64,000 nucleotides of DNA from Ophelia neglecta (taxonomy: Eukaryota), in contig OZ260664.1 of the NCBI GenBank assembly GCA_965285935.1, positions 80,414,001 to 80,478,000 on the forward strand, given 5' to 3'. The translations under genes and the position numbers were made by a program. Shown piece by piece: positions 25,111-38,090 of the stretch. Within the stretch, counting starts at the first letter, position 1. Every line of letters starts with the position of its first letter. Under the pieces are notes generated by a model. It searched no databases, was not told the DNA's origin, and was given only the letters and a program-made list of their open reading frames with translations.

Positions 25111-26416
25111 AATAATGTGACTTATTTTTCATCATACATAATCATGCATGGCGGTTGGCTTTTGTGATTGACAGCTAAAACTCAAGTAGGTCACAAGAGA
25201 CAACTATGAGCTGCTGTGGTAAACACAGCTGCCTACATCAAAACCAAGCATGACCACTAGGCACTAGTTGATAGAGTAGATTTTATAAACAACTCTCATG
25301 CTTGGCTTGCCCCTACTAGCAGCAGATTTTGCATATGTAAACCTCAGAAGTGTGAGGTTACTATGAACACGGACTACGCCTCAGCAATCCGTATTTCCCG
25401 TATTGCTCACTTCTGTGGGCATTGGCTATTACATATACATGTTGTGAGAATGACATCCAATGGTTTTTTTCTTGTTCCTGATCATTGATGCTGCCTACAG
25501 TTTCCTACTGGGCCGTGTGACCACTAGTTTCACACATCCTGTGCGTCACATTATGTTATATATGTGATTTTTGTAAGTAAGATCCTATTTTTTCATTTAA
25601 ACAGTAGCAAGATATGTACAGCGTACTACTTTCAATAGTTGTAACTCCTTTGCCGCGGATATGACTATACAGTGGCAGGATCATTGGTGCTGAACCGTTT
25701 CCACCTCAGTTCAGGGGTCATCTGTAACTACCCTCACAGTAATGTGCACAGGCTGATTGTAGGTTAAATTGGTAATTGACACTATCCTATTTTATAAAAA
25801 ATATATGAATATTATGTTGTTTTAATTGCCATATTTCTTTTGTTGGTTACTGATAAGAAATAAATAACTATGTAAGTTGGAATTTAAAATTAATTGTAGA
25901 AATAAGGGTCCATTTTTCTTGTGTCCCTAATTTTGCATGTGTTAAATTACATTAGTTACTTCTGTCTTGGCTAAAAGGAAATATTCTCTTTTTTCACCCA
26001 AATGACAAATAATTTAGTAACTTTTTGGAAAATTAGTAAATTGTGTCACCTAGCTGAATGCCTTATTTTTTATCTGCCATACCTTGGACAGTAGTTAGTA
26101 TGTTGTGCATTAGGATCTGACATCTCCCAAATCAAGGTTTGATTCAATAGACTTTCTGTGGATATTACCAGCACACATATTGAACTGTGTTCAGCTTTCA
26201 TTTTTGTAGTAGTGACACAATCTGTTAAGTTTGGCCACTTTTCATACTAAATGGAAAACATTGTCCAGATGTGTCTGACATTTGCCTTTAAAGTTTTATG
26301 CCATGCTTGGGAAACATGTTGTATTATCTTCATTATTGTACTGTCAATAAACATGAAATTGAAAAATAATTGTTTTTAAATGTTATTGTTTGCTCTGATA
26401 GCTTCATTAAACTTAC

Positions 26417-26499
26417 CTTCCCCTGTCATGTTCTGGTAGGTGTCTGTGAATTGATGGCTGCCGCATTCATAAAATATCAAACACATCCTTTCTTTCCCC
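26417..26499 (-). other. Candidate 83-nt non-coding exon between the two GPCR units
   Basis: Minus strand has the acceptor ttcttgtaacag| and a perfect donor AAG|GTAAGT (26411-26416). Confidence 0.3.
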
Positions 26500-27929
26500 C
26501 TGTTACAAGAATTAATAATTCTTTTCTATACCTTTAATATGACAAACTAATTACTTGATAATAAATTAATTATTAGTCGGAAATTTAAACAAAATAAATG
26601 ATGTATCAGGCACATTGGGTGAGGTAAGATTTATCTGGTTTGTTTGTCAGTTAGGTAAAATGACCAACATGATTTTATTCTTCAATCAAGTGGTAACAAG
26701 GGCATTCTTAATTCCTGGTTTATCATAATCAATTTATCAAACACCACATCTTTTTGAGATAATTTCATCCATTAATGATTAGACAAATAGCTTTTTTGTT
26801 GGGTGTAAAACTGCTGCACAGCTAGCCTTAACACATATGTTTAAAAATAGATTCTGTCGTATGCAGCCATGCCTCCAAACAGAGACAATCTGCTCCAAAT
26901 ACCGTCACTGCTGTATGTTCTGGCTCTCTTTTGTTAGCAATGTAACTCTCTAATTATCCAATTTGTGGAGGATCGTGCAGTTTTATCTGAGCTGATGTGT
27001 ATCACAACGACCGGATCAAGGGATTAAACACAAGATAAGTTGAATAATGGAGTTTTCCCATATACAGGAAGAACTCTTTACTTCAGATGCAGGATGTTTA
27101 TAGTATCTGTCTACCTTTTTGCCCACTGTAATTGCAGCACTCTAATAAAAAGTCTAGATTTTGGATATTGCCAAGGTCTTCAATATAGCATATCCTTGAT
27201 ATTCAGAAACACAAATAACAAATGTAATGAGACAAAAGAGTTATTTTAGTTGAATCACACAAAATAGATTTATTTTGAAGTTTACAACTCTTGTCACAAG
27301 TAGGCATAACACATTTTGAAACAACCAGAGGGATATACCTTTTTTTTGCATGTTTTCTACAGAAGAAAGTGATATAAGATCATTTATCCATTAACACCTT
27401 GGACTTAACATAATTAATATATATAACACAATAATTAATAACAATATTATGTACATTCATACACGTATCTTGAACATTTGTGTAACTATATAACATTTGT
27501 TTGTCAATTAAACATTTAGTTACATTTTGTCTTTCATTTTTTTCATGTTTACCATGAAATTTTGAAAACAATTTCATTTCATCGTTATATGTTAACATTA
27601 CACTTTAAGAAATGTTGTATATCTTACATAAATTGAGTATGTATGAGGTACAAGATTAAATTTAATGTCCAACTCACCTAGAGTTCATTTATTATTCATT
27701 ATCACATATTGAATATACTGGAATATAAAATACTAACCGTTTAATTATCAAGTGGAGCTGACCACTTGAAACTAATCTTTATAGTGCAATAAATACTGTG
27801 GCTGTGAAACCATGAATGTTTGAAAATATTATAACAGTAAGCCTGTAGCAATGTTGGACAAACTATAAATGAACAACCAATAATTTGTTACTGTTTGTTC
27901 AGTACATAGCTTGACCTTAGCGCAATAAT

Positions 27930-28385
27930 ATATAAATGTTTGTACATACTATCACTGTGAACCCATTTATGTGTTTGTACCCTATGCTGATTGTCAAGCT
28001 ATTATTGTTTATACATGCTATAACTGTTAATTCATTAACTTTTGCTTGTCGAATGATTATTGTATTTTATCATTTCCAACATCACAGAGTTTAATGGAAA
28101 CAAAATAATAGACACATGTACAAAGAAACATGCAACTGTCACTGAGCTCCAGCCAATATTTATAAATGTTTGAAAGATAACATGACTGTGAACTAATTCC
28201 TGTGTTAATATTTGTACAAATATACTATCAATGTAACGGTATTAATTTTTATACATACAATGACTGTTAATTCGTTAATATTTGCCGGCCAGATGTTTTT
28301 TTGTATTTTATCATATCCAATATCATGTTGTTTAATGGAAACCAAATAGTAGATATGTGCACAAAGAAACATGCAACTGTCACTG
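27930..28385. repeat. Diverged ~240-bp direct tandem duplication inside the copy-B-specific 3' segment
   Basis: Both halves contain actgttaattc, tgtattttatcat and gtttaatggaaac, and both end caaagaaacatgcaactgtcactg (at ~28144 and ~28385). Confidence 0.8.
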
Positions 28386-29189
28386 TACAGTTATTAAGGC
28401 AAGCTATAATCATGGACAATATGCTGTATGGACCCAAGGCAAACAGTAGTGGCCACAAATATAAGAGGGCTTTCCATTAAGGTTGCCTGTGTTTTTATCC
28501 TGTCCAAGCCAGTGTCCCGGTTATTAACTACATCTAATAATAAAACATGTACATGTCTGGAGCTTATTAAAGCCTCAGTTCTCCCCAGCACACTAATTGT
28601 AGTAAAAGTTGATGTTTTATTATCCCCAAACATACATGTACATGTGAGACTCCCCTACAGATCTGTACATGTATAATATGTTAGATTATCATGAAATATT
28701 TACAAAGTAAGCTATTCCAATGTTTGCAAGAAGACGAAATGTCTACTGATTTGAGTAATTTAACAATGAAACGAGAACATTTTATCGTTGGCCTCATTAC
28801 AGCACTCTGTACAGTTACTGGCAGTTGTTATTTGTAAAATTGAAAATGGGATCCTCTTAGGCGAAACTTAGTCAACTTAATACATTTAATTCGTATTCTA
28901 GGTTTTTATTGTTCCACCAAACTGAAAAGAAAGGGTATTAAAAATAATGTTGGCAAGCTTACTTTTTATCAACTTCCTTGATCCCCTACATACATATATA
29001 TGAATTGGTAATTTCCATGATCCGATGACATTGCTATTTTGCCATATGTACCTCACAGCCCAGTGAGGTTGTGGGTATGTTTTATTTTATTTTCATTGCC
29101 AACAGTGTAATTGCTGCTGAGCCTGTGAGGGGAGGTATTATTGTACATGTATTGTGTGTGGGGATACCCTTTCCAAGTCTGTATACAGG

Positions 29190-30407
29190 TTATAGAGGCA
29201 CATCACAATCCCTTTCCGGAGAGCCTTTGTTGAGCTCTGCCATTGATTGACCATTTCTAGTTGCAATACTCCGTGTTGTCAACGTGAGGGGCTCTGTTTC
29301 TGATATTTCTGACATAGTTGGTCTTATTTCTGTACATGACACCATGTTGGCCAGAATTTTTCTAAACTTCTTGCCAATCAGGCAGTATATTAGAAAATTA
29401 ATTGAACTATTAACGACAAGCATAAGGTTGGTGAAAACGTTGATATACTTCAGTATGATATAATCAATGCGCATTTCAGGAATGAATTCCCGCAGTGTGG
29501 CGACGATACGGAGGGTCAAATCAGGCAGCTCACAAACGATGAAGATGCTGACAACTACCACAAGCATCAGAGTTATATTTTCCCGATGTTTTGAAGTTTT
29601 GTTCATGTCCTTTTGCTTCTTTCTCACAGCTTGTAGGGCTTGTATCAGTCTGAGATTTAACACAATCAACATCAGGAGTGGCCCTATCGTCCGAAATACA
29701 AAGTAGCATAGCGTTTTGTAAAACAGGAAATATAACTTACTTTCTCGTAAACTTGTCTTTTTGGTTGCGACCACTGTATTTCCCCAGCAGTCAGTTTCAT
29801 ACACGAATTTCCGCTCAAAGAATCTTGGCACATTGTAGAGAACTGCAGCCACAGTCACCAGAGCCACGGCCAATTTGGCCCTTTGCAAGCTGCGAAGCTG
29901 GGCTTTCAGTGGTTTACACACGGCTACGTAGCGATCTACGGTGACCAAAACTACAGTCCAAACAGTGACAGTCTGTGCTATTGAGGCAAAAGCCCAGCTA
30001 TAGGGCTCTATGTAGGGAAACACCCCCTTCAGACTGGGTATCCAGTCTGTCTCTTCATTGATAGTTTTCAGTATCTGTATAAAGACACAGGCCACCAAGT
30101 AGAATGTGTCCACCAAGGCTAGGGTCTGCAGTAGCCAGTTGGTAGTGTTTCTCTTATCATGGTCATGATTAAGGACAACAATGGACAGTGCATTGCCTAT
30201 GAACCCCACAAGGCACAGAAATCCCACTATGTAGATGTTGACCACTTTGCGAAACATGTGATATGCCTCTGGGTAGTAAACCAATGTCCCAGTGTTATTA
30301 CAGGCCCCTAGACCAGGACCATTGGGGCCATAAATGAGCGAAAAGTTTGTGGCATTGAAAATATCTCCTAATTCAGAGTGATCCAAAATATTCTGCATGC
30401 TGGCCAT
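29190..30407 (-). CDS. Class A neuropeptide GPCR, FMRFamide receptor-like, copy B, 405 aa (alternative in-frame ATG at 30422)
   Basis: Same motifs as copy A, with 10 aa differences (V4M, F13L, F/Y in ECL2, seven in the proximal C-tail). The ORF-track start at 30452 is a non-ATG codon; the ATG at 30407 aligns with the copy A start. Confidence 0.95.
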   Translation of the reverse strand: MASMQNILDHSELGDIFNATNFSLIYGPNGPGLGACNNTGTLVYYPEAYHMFRKVVNIYIVGFLCLVGFIGNALSIVVLNHDHDKRNTTNWLLQTLALVDTFYLVACVFIQILKTINEETDWIPSLKGVFPYIEPYSWAFASIAQTVTVWTVVLVTVDRYVAVCKPLKAQLRSLQRAKLAVALVTVAAVLYNVPRFFERKFVYETDCWGNTVVATKKTSLRESKLYFLFYKTLCYFVFRTIGPLLMLIVLNLRLIQALQAVRKKQKDMNKTSKHRENITLMLVVVVSIFIVCELPDLTLRIVATLREFIPEMRIDYIILKYINVFTNLMLVVNSSINFLIYCLIGKKFRKILANMVSCTEIRPTMSEISETEPLTLTTRSIATRNGQSMAELNKGSPERDCDVPL

Positions 30408-31752
30408 AGCATGAATTTTCATGCTATATGAAAGGTAAATTGTGTCAATCAAATAAAACAGTCGGAATATGTAGATTTGTCCTTTTACAGTCTAGCTGGG
30501 TTGCTTTCCTCAAATGAGTAATTCATCACTTACCAACATATTGTCATGTTGAATTGGGTAAACGGAATATTACAGAAATATTGGTGAAATGCCAAAAATG
30601 TCTTGCACTCCAACACAGCCAGGAGATCAACAACTGTTCTGAAGTTGGACAGAATTTCAGGAGTTTTGAAAGTAGCTATGCTCTCTGGTTAGAAGAGTCA
30701 CTTTGATGCCTCAGGGGCACCCAACTTAAAATCTCTCAGCTGCTCCTAGCATGGAACATCAATAGTTGTTTATCCCTCCTAAAGCCTCAACAAGTTATCT
30801 TCGCATTGATTTTCCCATCTATCTGCGCAGGTAGGATCCCCTGTCATATACCTCGGGGCTGTGCCACAGTTGCCCTCTCTGCTGATAGTGCCGGAATTGA
30901 TATTTAGCATTTGTTCTTCTGATGTTGTTGTTGTTGAGAAGCGCTGAGGTATGTTACCACGGCAGGGCTTTCATCACTCATCTAATGAAGACTGCACAGT
31001 TACCTCTGATCAGAATCCTACAGGCATTAACTGGCATCCATCAACCAGCTGTGCCTTAATGAGCCTGACAGGTCTCCCAAGTACTCTTCTTCCTCTTAGA
31101 AAATCAGTCCCTCCTTTCGGCAAACGGCTAAAGTTTGGTGAAGCCAGATTAGAGGTATCCTTGTCCTTTGTGTGAGGTTTATCAATGAGTTTTATTTATT
31201 TTTATTTAAGTTGTCTCATTATCATTTCTTTCCAAATCACCCTCTTTCCTTTATCACAAAAGCCCCTGTCTGCAGTAGATCTAAATGTTGATATCTTAAT
31301 GTCCAGAGGGTCAGTGTTTGGTACAAAATCCTATGTCCTTCCTCAGCTTAGAGACAGGGAGAGCTGTTTTAAAGTATTCACCAGTGTGAGGCTTTTTGAG
31401 GTCCTCCCTTTTTTGGCAATTGTCTTCATCAAATATTGAATTTTTTTCAGCTTTTATTCCATTGAGTTTCACTACACAAGTACAACAAGACTGAATCAGT
31501 TCACTTTTGCGCAAGCTGTGCAGCAATTTGAGTTGTGCTGGTGATTAGGTGTGTGTGAGAGACTAGGCAGGCTGTCGCTCCTGCTTACTGTGGCTGGGGC
31601 TCGTGCAGGCCTATTTGACTGATGACGCTGGTGAAGAGCAATTGCTCGCCTGGTGCTCACTGTACAATTGGGGCTTCTGACTTGCACACATCTCTATGGT
31701 TAGACCACTCAATTACAAACCAGTCAGGTGGTTTGACTTTCAAAGCCACATT

Positions 31753-31778
31753 TCCTTCCTGAAGGTAAAAATAAGCAC
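31753..31778 (-). promoter_or_regulatory. Putative 3' splice acceptor opening the 5'UTR exon of GPCR copy B
   Basis: Minus strand reads gtgcttatttttaccttcag|gaagg (AG at 31759-31760); paralogous to 23701-23702. Confidence 0.65.
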
Positions 31779-32809
31779 AGATTTAAAATTGTCTGTATAG
31801 GTATTGCTAAAAAGGCTGCAGACTTATCAAGCATATCAGCTGTATAAGGCAAAATAATAATACCGGTAGATATAGATTAAGAAAACAACAGTGCTCACAG
31901 TGTACATGTATATGTATATCAGCGTATTGCTTTTCATTAACTTGTCATGTTAGATTGGCTGTTGAAAACCTTCAATGGAAACTGTGTGAGGTAGGATTTG
32001 TATATTAAAAACACATGAAAAGGCCACCTTTATATAATACTTTTTAATCCATATCAGAATGAAATGGTCTTTTGATAACACATCTTCTTTGATATGTCAT
32101 GTTCAGGGGTGGCTTTTATCATGAAACACAATCATCCAGGTTTGGGTGTATGTACACCATTCAGAGGGCTCTGAGCTCCCTCCTCACATTTACAACTGTA
32201 GTGCCTGAACTAAATCATTGTAAAAGAAGTATCTTTTTAGCCTTTGTAGAAGAAATTCCATCTCCTCTCGTGCTTTGAGAAGAAATGTTGTGCCTCAGCC
32301 ACATATCAAAACCAAATCAACTTGTGAGGCATGAGACTGGAAACATGTAAGGCATATAAAACGCTAGTGTGGAGATCATAATACGATATGTAATATGTCA
32401 CAGAATCCCTCCTAATGAAGTTTTCTTATTTCTGTCTCACATTCATCTGGAATGTTGACTTGGTAGGTTTGATGTAGTTGACAGAGCCCCAGTCAATGCC
32501 CACACCAGAAGAGAGAAACTGTGTCAATTTATATCTGAAAATATCAAAGTCGTTTCAAATTATGTTCTTGTTTTTCATAGCTTGTGTACCTATTTTCTTG
32601 TCCATCTACAAGATAGTGCATCCATCACAGTCAGTCAGCTCTGTCCCAGCTGTGTAATTTGAAGGCGCAAATTTTAATCTGTTAGTATGCATGATGTGTG
32701 AATGACATCAAAAGTTCTTTTTCCTTTTTGCAGCCATTGCTGTGGCATAATGTTTCCTACGGTGATAGGTGCATGTGTGTGTAGGCAGGTTGGTTCTGTG
32801 TGTACCAAT

Positions 32810-33193
32810 AGTGTGCCTTTCTGTGTTGGCAAGGTGGCCCTGTGTTTGACAGCAGTGGGCCTGTGTGTGTTGGCAGGGTGGCCCTGTGTTTGACAGCAGT
32901 GGGCCTGTGTGTGTTGGCAGGGGGGCCCTGTGTTTGACAGCAGTGTGCCTGTGTGTGTTGGCAGGGTGGCCCTGTGTTTGACAGCAGTGGGCCTGTGTGT
33001 GTTGGCAGGGTGGCCCTGTGTTTACCAGCAGTGGGCCTGTGTGTGTTGGCAGGGGGGCCCTGTGTTTACCAGCAGTGGGCCTGTGTGTGTTGGCAGGGTG
33101 GCCCTGTGTTTACCAGCAGTGGGCCTGTGTGTGTTGGCAGGGGGGCCCTGTGTTTACCAGCGGTGGGCCTGTATGTGTTGGCAGGATGGCCCA
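32810..33193. repeat. 44-bp GC-rich minisatellite, ~8-9 copies
   Basis: Unit gtgtgtgttggcagggtggccctgtgtttgacagcagtgggcct. ORF starts spaced 44 nt apart (32909, 32953, 32997) confirm the period. Confidence 0.95.
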
Positions 33194-35249
33194 TTGTATT
33201 AAGTTGCCACTGCAGGCATCACTCTAATGAGATCACTGCAGGTTAGCCTCTTCTCACTAATGGTAACCAGACACATAATGTGCGGCCCTGCAGACAAATA
33301 CCAGAGGCTGTGGCCATTTGGTGGCCACCTTTTGTTATCATTGATGGCTCATTATTGGTGTCTGCATGCAATCTGGGATGGATTGCAACAATCTGGTTAG
33401 CATTGAGCCCAAAGGAACCTATAAGAAATCTAGGACAGCATGGTGATATTGTAACAGCGACACTGTCCTTCGGCTTTATCACTGAACCCAATTAACACAA
33501 TGAGTTGCTTTGTTGCTAGGTTTTAAAGACTTCCATGTGTACCTTGTGAATCACAATTATATCTATTAATTTATGTCCAATATAACAATTATTCCTGTGG
33601 TTATGAAGAATTGCTGAGGACATTGAGTTGTAATAACCTTGTTGATGCAGCGAGTTCTAGGAAGCTTCACCTGTTAACATAGAGTGTGTCAGATTGTGCT
33701 TTTCCTTGAGATGACATGACTCATGGAAACATGTTGTTGTCACTGAACCCCCAATATTAATTGTAATGATGCTAATAATTCCTTCTGCACGTATCAGATG
33801 TGAGAGTTGGCATTTTAATAACACACTGTACATGGGCATCTATCGTTTTGTCAGCTACTTCTTAATATTATAAATACTGTTTGATTGGATAAAAGCAACT
33901 ATATTTGCTCCAATCAGATTTGGCTAAGAAAAAGATGAAATGCAAGCTGTTGACAAATAAATTGTTCATAAATTGTGTGTATATGAACAAACGCTGGTGT
34001 CACATTTTGTGTGTGGTCCATGTTTTTATTAGAGAAATGTGTTATTTATATTGTCCATCACATTGAATTCTGTGTTTGTGGAAAAGGCACTCCTATATTT
34101 GTGTGGATATTGTAGACAGTAATGTGTGAATAAATGCGTTATTGGGAACATGGTAAACAAAAACCTTCTGTCCATTAATGCCAATGTGTACAAGGTTATT
34201 TATCCTTGGTTTGATTAGTGGCATATCATAGTAAACTGCTGCTAAATTATCAAACACAATTGATTGAATAAATGTTTTGGACACCTGATGTGGACATGAA
34301 ACCATTACCGGTATTTCTTTATTAACCTGAACCCCCCCCCCCCCAATAAAAAAAAAGAGTGGTAAAGTTGCACTCTAGAATAACAAATGATGTCTTAAGT
34401 ATGAAAAGGCCTCTGATTTATTGGAATTCTACCCATTACATGTACATGTAGGTTACAAGTAGGTGCATGATATCAGCAGGCTGTCCTTTATGTTAAAACC
34501 GTTGACATTGAGAACAGGATCGCAGGTTCCTTCCGTCATGGAAATGGTTACCTGCAAATTTATTGAAATCCCATCTCTGGTAAACACAGGGTTATGCTTT
34601 CACAACCTTTCTCACCGATTTTTAACTATAATTTCAGGGGCCGGGTCAGCTGTGATCATGTCTTTAGTGGCATGCTTGAATCATCCGTGCCATCTTCTCA
34701 GCTTAAGTATGACTAAAATCGTGTATTCTGATGTTATATCTATGATCATCGCCACTTTTAAAGATTAAAATGTCTACTTGTGTTAGTGGAGGTAAACAAA
34801 GGGCATCGATCCTCACATTTGGCACATTTCAAAGGACCTGTGGCATGGTTTGCTTATAGGATTTCTTGTTGGAGATGTCATTGTCAATATTATTTGCTAT
34901 GTCTGATTTGCTTGCTTCATGCTGGTGGACACCAAATGGACATGATATTTATCTCTAGTGAGTGTGCATCTGAGGTGCCCATAAATTAACCTTTGATTTC
35001 ACCTGCCTCTTCTAAGATGTTTGATGCCCGAATCAGTTAGCACAAATTGTATTTAAATAACTTAAAATTTGTGCTAACAAGAATGATTAGATATTTTACA
35101 AAAATAACTAACATTTAATATAAACAGGACATATAAATGCTAAGCATGTGTGGAATTCTTCGTAAATTATTTTTTTTGCAGAATTAATGTGAGTAACCTG
35201 CATATTCCGCAGAGATTTCACAGATAAAGTGTCGGGCTAATTTCTGAGA

Positions 35250-35338
35250 GGGTGATGATGGGTTGATGATGGGTTGATGGGTGGTGGGTGGTGGGTGGTT
35301 GGTTGGTGGTGGGTTGGTTGTGGGTTGGTTGGTGGGTT
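35250..35338. repeat. Degenerate GGT/GGTT microsatellite running into a gap
   Basis: Directly visible. Confidence 0.9.
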
Positions 35339-35503
35339 NNNNNNNNNNNNNNNNNNNNNNNNNNNNNNNNNNNNNNNNNNNNNNNNNNNNNNNNNNNNNN
35401 NNNNNNNNNNNNNNNNNNNNNNNNNNNNNNNNNNNNNNNNNNNNNNNNNNNNNNNNNNNNNNNNNNNNNNNNNNNNNNNNNNNNNNNNNNNNNNNNNNNN
35501 NNN
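35339..35503. other. Assembly gap (165 N)
   Basis: Run of n. Confidence 1.
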
Positions 35504-37779
35504 TCTAATAGTTTTATGACATCAATCAAAATGGTTGTCCATCACACAATAGACAAACAAAAAGGTTGACTACATAAGCCCAGACATCTAAACATATGTC
35601 AATAATGGCTATTGCTCCTCCTGTTATAATGTAAAATATTACCTCCCCGATGAACATGACTACCAATACCAAAGTACAGATAATTATCACAGGCATGGTA
35701 GTGTGTAAATAAGTGTAAAGGTGATAACTCAATATTGGACATTAGATAAGCTTTAAGCCTTTGTGTGAAACTACCATTCTGACTTTCAAATGTCCATTGA
35801 ATTTGAAATGGGAGCTTATTTCTAAGAGCAGTACCATTAAACATAGAAATTTTGATGCTTAAAGCAACAGATCATTTAACCTCACTCCTGCATTTTACTA
35901 AAACACTTCTATTGGATAGTGCTTTCAGAATACTCTCATTTTATTATGCTCAGAGAATGGTCCTGGTATTTTGAAAAATTCCTCTTTTACCACTGCAAAA
36001 TCATAGCTTTGGTCCTTCCTGCAGCAATGACTTGATTGATACAGCAATTGTGTGGTGACTTCTGCTATAATTAAGCTGGATTAGGGTATATGTTAAGCCT
36101 ATTTTGTGTGGACAGGAATAGATAATGTAAATTCAGGCAGTTGCTAGATGTACATTGCATGTTTTTGTTATTTAAAACCATGAGACTATTTCTCCCATTA
36201 CAGTATATACTACTGACTTCTGTCCTAATCAGTTCCAGATGTGTCCCTGTGGGCCTGTTCTGTGAAGCAGCACCATGACTTTCCTCCACATTTTACCTAC
36301 CACATTCACACCATCACACACTATGATGAATGTTTCCATCAAGCATGCCACATTAACTTTGAACTTCACAAGAGCATCTTAAAGATCAATAAAATATTGA
36401 TTACCTGAAATATGTTAGTGCTTTACCATGCTGCATTTTTCTTACACACCCTTAAATATTAACAATGATTAGGAACAAGCCAGATTAGGGGTTCAAAAAG
36501 AAAATAAATGTGATTTTTAGCAGTAAACTAAATTACAATTAAATTCATTGTTAATTCCTGCATATTATTAATATTGAATATCTTTTTTTTTTTAGGTAAG
36601 AACATTTCATTTAGAGTTTGAATTACAAGGGTCACCTTCTTGCCTCTGAAACAAGATGCTGTGAGATGGTCACTTGCTATGCAAAGGTCAGAGGTGGGTC
36701 TTTTGAAAAAAATAGTAAAATTACAATATTTGCTTTTCAAGTCAGATGTTGGTGAGGCTAGTTAAATAGTCCGTTTGTTATAATATGAGGCAATGATGTC
36801 TTGCTATTTCAGGGTCCCAGGTCCAATTATTCAAGCAACTATTCTAGTAAAACAACATCATGTAAACTTTTGTGCCATTCTGAAAAACATGTATACATGC
36901 ACATAATATTAAATGACATTATTTCTGGAAACATATCTTTTTGTCTGAAGGTTGAACAAAGCATTTGGGAGATAACAATCAAATATAGTAGAGATCATTG
37001 AGTCTCTTGTTTTGAAAAGCCAGTGTTTTTCAGGTAATCTTATAGGTTCTACATAAAAGAGAAACATAGAAAAATAGGATTTTATAACAGAATATGTTGT
37101 CACTAAATCTGGGGCTTTTTTTACTTATCTTACCAATTCTATTATATTAAATGTCCCTACATACTGTGTACATGTACTTCATGTACATTGATTATAACTT
37201 CGATTAAACTCATACAATACATTTCTCTCGTGAGAGACAGTATGGGTGGCAAGTAATATATCCAATATGGAATATGTGTGAAGAATGTCTCTGAGTTTAT
37301 TTTTATAAGGACTAGAGGGCACTAACTCCTTATGTTAAGGCTCTGCCCAGTTGAACCAAAACATTATTTTCAGGTTATGAAGCATCATGTTGGTTATGTG
37401 CTGTGTGAATGTGTGAGTGCTGAAATGAATGTATTGAGTCAGCTACCGCGGTGAGGAAGCTGCTCAGGGATTCATACTTAATCAAATTGCTTCTTGCGCC
37501 AGGACCTCTGCACTTAAATGTTTTTTTGGGAATACATATCGGCGCCTGCATGATGGTTGGAAGAAATTAGAGGTTATTATTTCCGTTGTAAATTAATTCT
37601 AGCACTGAATTACGTAAGCTCCCAAATTGAAGCTCAAATCCACCTCTTGCATGTGTTATTGCACCACTTTTTAGCAGAAAATGTATGGACATATTGAATT
37701 GGTTTCTCACTCAGGTCTATGGACATCATACAGAAAATAATATTCTGTGATTCCTTTGGCATTGTCAGATTTGACCTAG

Positions 37780-38090
37780 ACTATTTAATCAACGGAAAAT
37801 GAGAAAAAAAGTCAGTGCAAGAATATTGAAGTTGCAAACTGGACCGTTGTGTCACAGTTATATTAGTAGCAACCTGTTTCTTCTTTACTTTAACAGGTGG
37901 CATGCAAAATGTATTGCCAACGTAATGGAAACCATGCACTGCAGTTTTGATGGTGTCATCAAGTTTGACCTTGACCGATCTTTTTAAGGTCATGCATTTT
38001 TTATCACCTTATTATCTGGTTCTGCATTATAGGCACCATGGTATGTGCATAATCCAAATTTTTTAGATCTTAAAGTATTATATGATTATA
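37780..38090. mobile_element. Decayed interspersed repeat of the tgaccttgacc...aaggtca (HINE/pearl-like) type
   Basis: tttgaccttgaccgatctttttaaggtca inverted motif. Similar aaggtca/tgacctt motifs occur at ~42680-43110 and ~44600-44840. Family call is from recall; boundaries are approximate. Confidence 0.4.

Larger units (their letters stand above)
26864..32630. repeat. Tandem duplication unit B (GPCR copy B plus flanks)
   Basis: Collinear with 19902-24570. It carries extra segments at ~27800-28790 and ~31010-31290. Confidence 0.9.

Noticed and set aside
30408-30452. 15-aa N-terminal extension of copy B
   Set aside because: Non-ATG start, no counterpart in copy A, and it overlaps a probable intron acceptor.
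19902-32630. Duplication as two alleles assembled in tandem
   Set aside because: Flank divergence, large indels and a unique 2.2-kb spacer look too great for alleles. This is disfavoured but not excluded without read depth.
35218-35569. ORFs spanning the N-run
   Set aside because: Assembly-gap artefacts.
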